This document shows positions 63,814 to 64,000 of a stretch of 64,000 nt of DNA, one piece after another. The notes under the pieces are model-generated. The model saw only the letters and a program-made list of their open reading frames with translations, was not told the origin of the DNA and ran no database searches. The stretch is from Podarcis vaucheri (lineage: Eukaryota). The first letter of the stretch is position 1, and the number at the start of each line of letters is the position of its first letter. The DNA lies in NCBI GenBank assembly GCA_965113315.1, contig OZ220369.1. The stretch is one strand, 5' to 3'. Made by a program: the position numbers and the translations under genes.

Positions 63814-64000
63814 GTGAGTATTGATTGAGCTTGCAGAGTGTTTCAAAGCGGTGTGTGTGTGTGTGTTTGTGCGTGCACACGCCTTTGGTAGCTTCCCTCT
63901 TGAGGACAGTGGTGGGCCATGAGGTTTGAGTTGGCAGGTTCATAAAGCAACCCTAATGTGGATGCAAATCTGTAATGAGTGACCTTGAACCAGTGACCTA

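Overview
Vertebrate genomic DNA, almost certainly from a squamate and probably a lacertid lizard, judged by Sauria SINEs, Squam3-type SINEs, a tRNA-Lys/CR1-tail SINE, and Bov-B, L2 and CR1 LINEs. Four genes are supported. (1) A complete minus-strand, 9-exon HSC70-type chaperone gene (CDS 34482->21784, 648 aa). It has exactly the HSPA8 intron positions but a clearly diverged sequence, no visible intronic U14 snoRNAs and an HSE-containing TATA promoter, so it looks like an HSPA8 paralogue rather than HSPA8 itself. (2) An intact GKS-class immunity-related GTPase (IRGC-like) at 51441-52655 (+). (3) The first three coding exons of a secreted Ly6/uPAR three-finger protein (PLA2-inhibitor-gamma/PINLYP-like) from 61911, probably running off the right edge. 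(4) A tentative signal-peptide first exon of an unidentified secreted-protein gene at 1470-1422 (-), running off the left edge. The IRG plus LU-domain neighbourhood resembles human 19q13.31, which suggests the HSC70 gene is the whole-genome-duplication sister of HSPA8 lost in mammals. Other notable items are a 3'-truncated U6 retrocopy with a 13-bp TSD, a solo LTR carrying a five-unit heat-shock element inside the HSC70 gene, a ~200-bp non-coding block duplicated 17.5 kb apart, and many nested transposons with readable TSDs. No radically new multi-gene system could be established from sequence alone.
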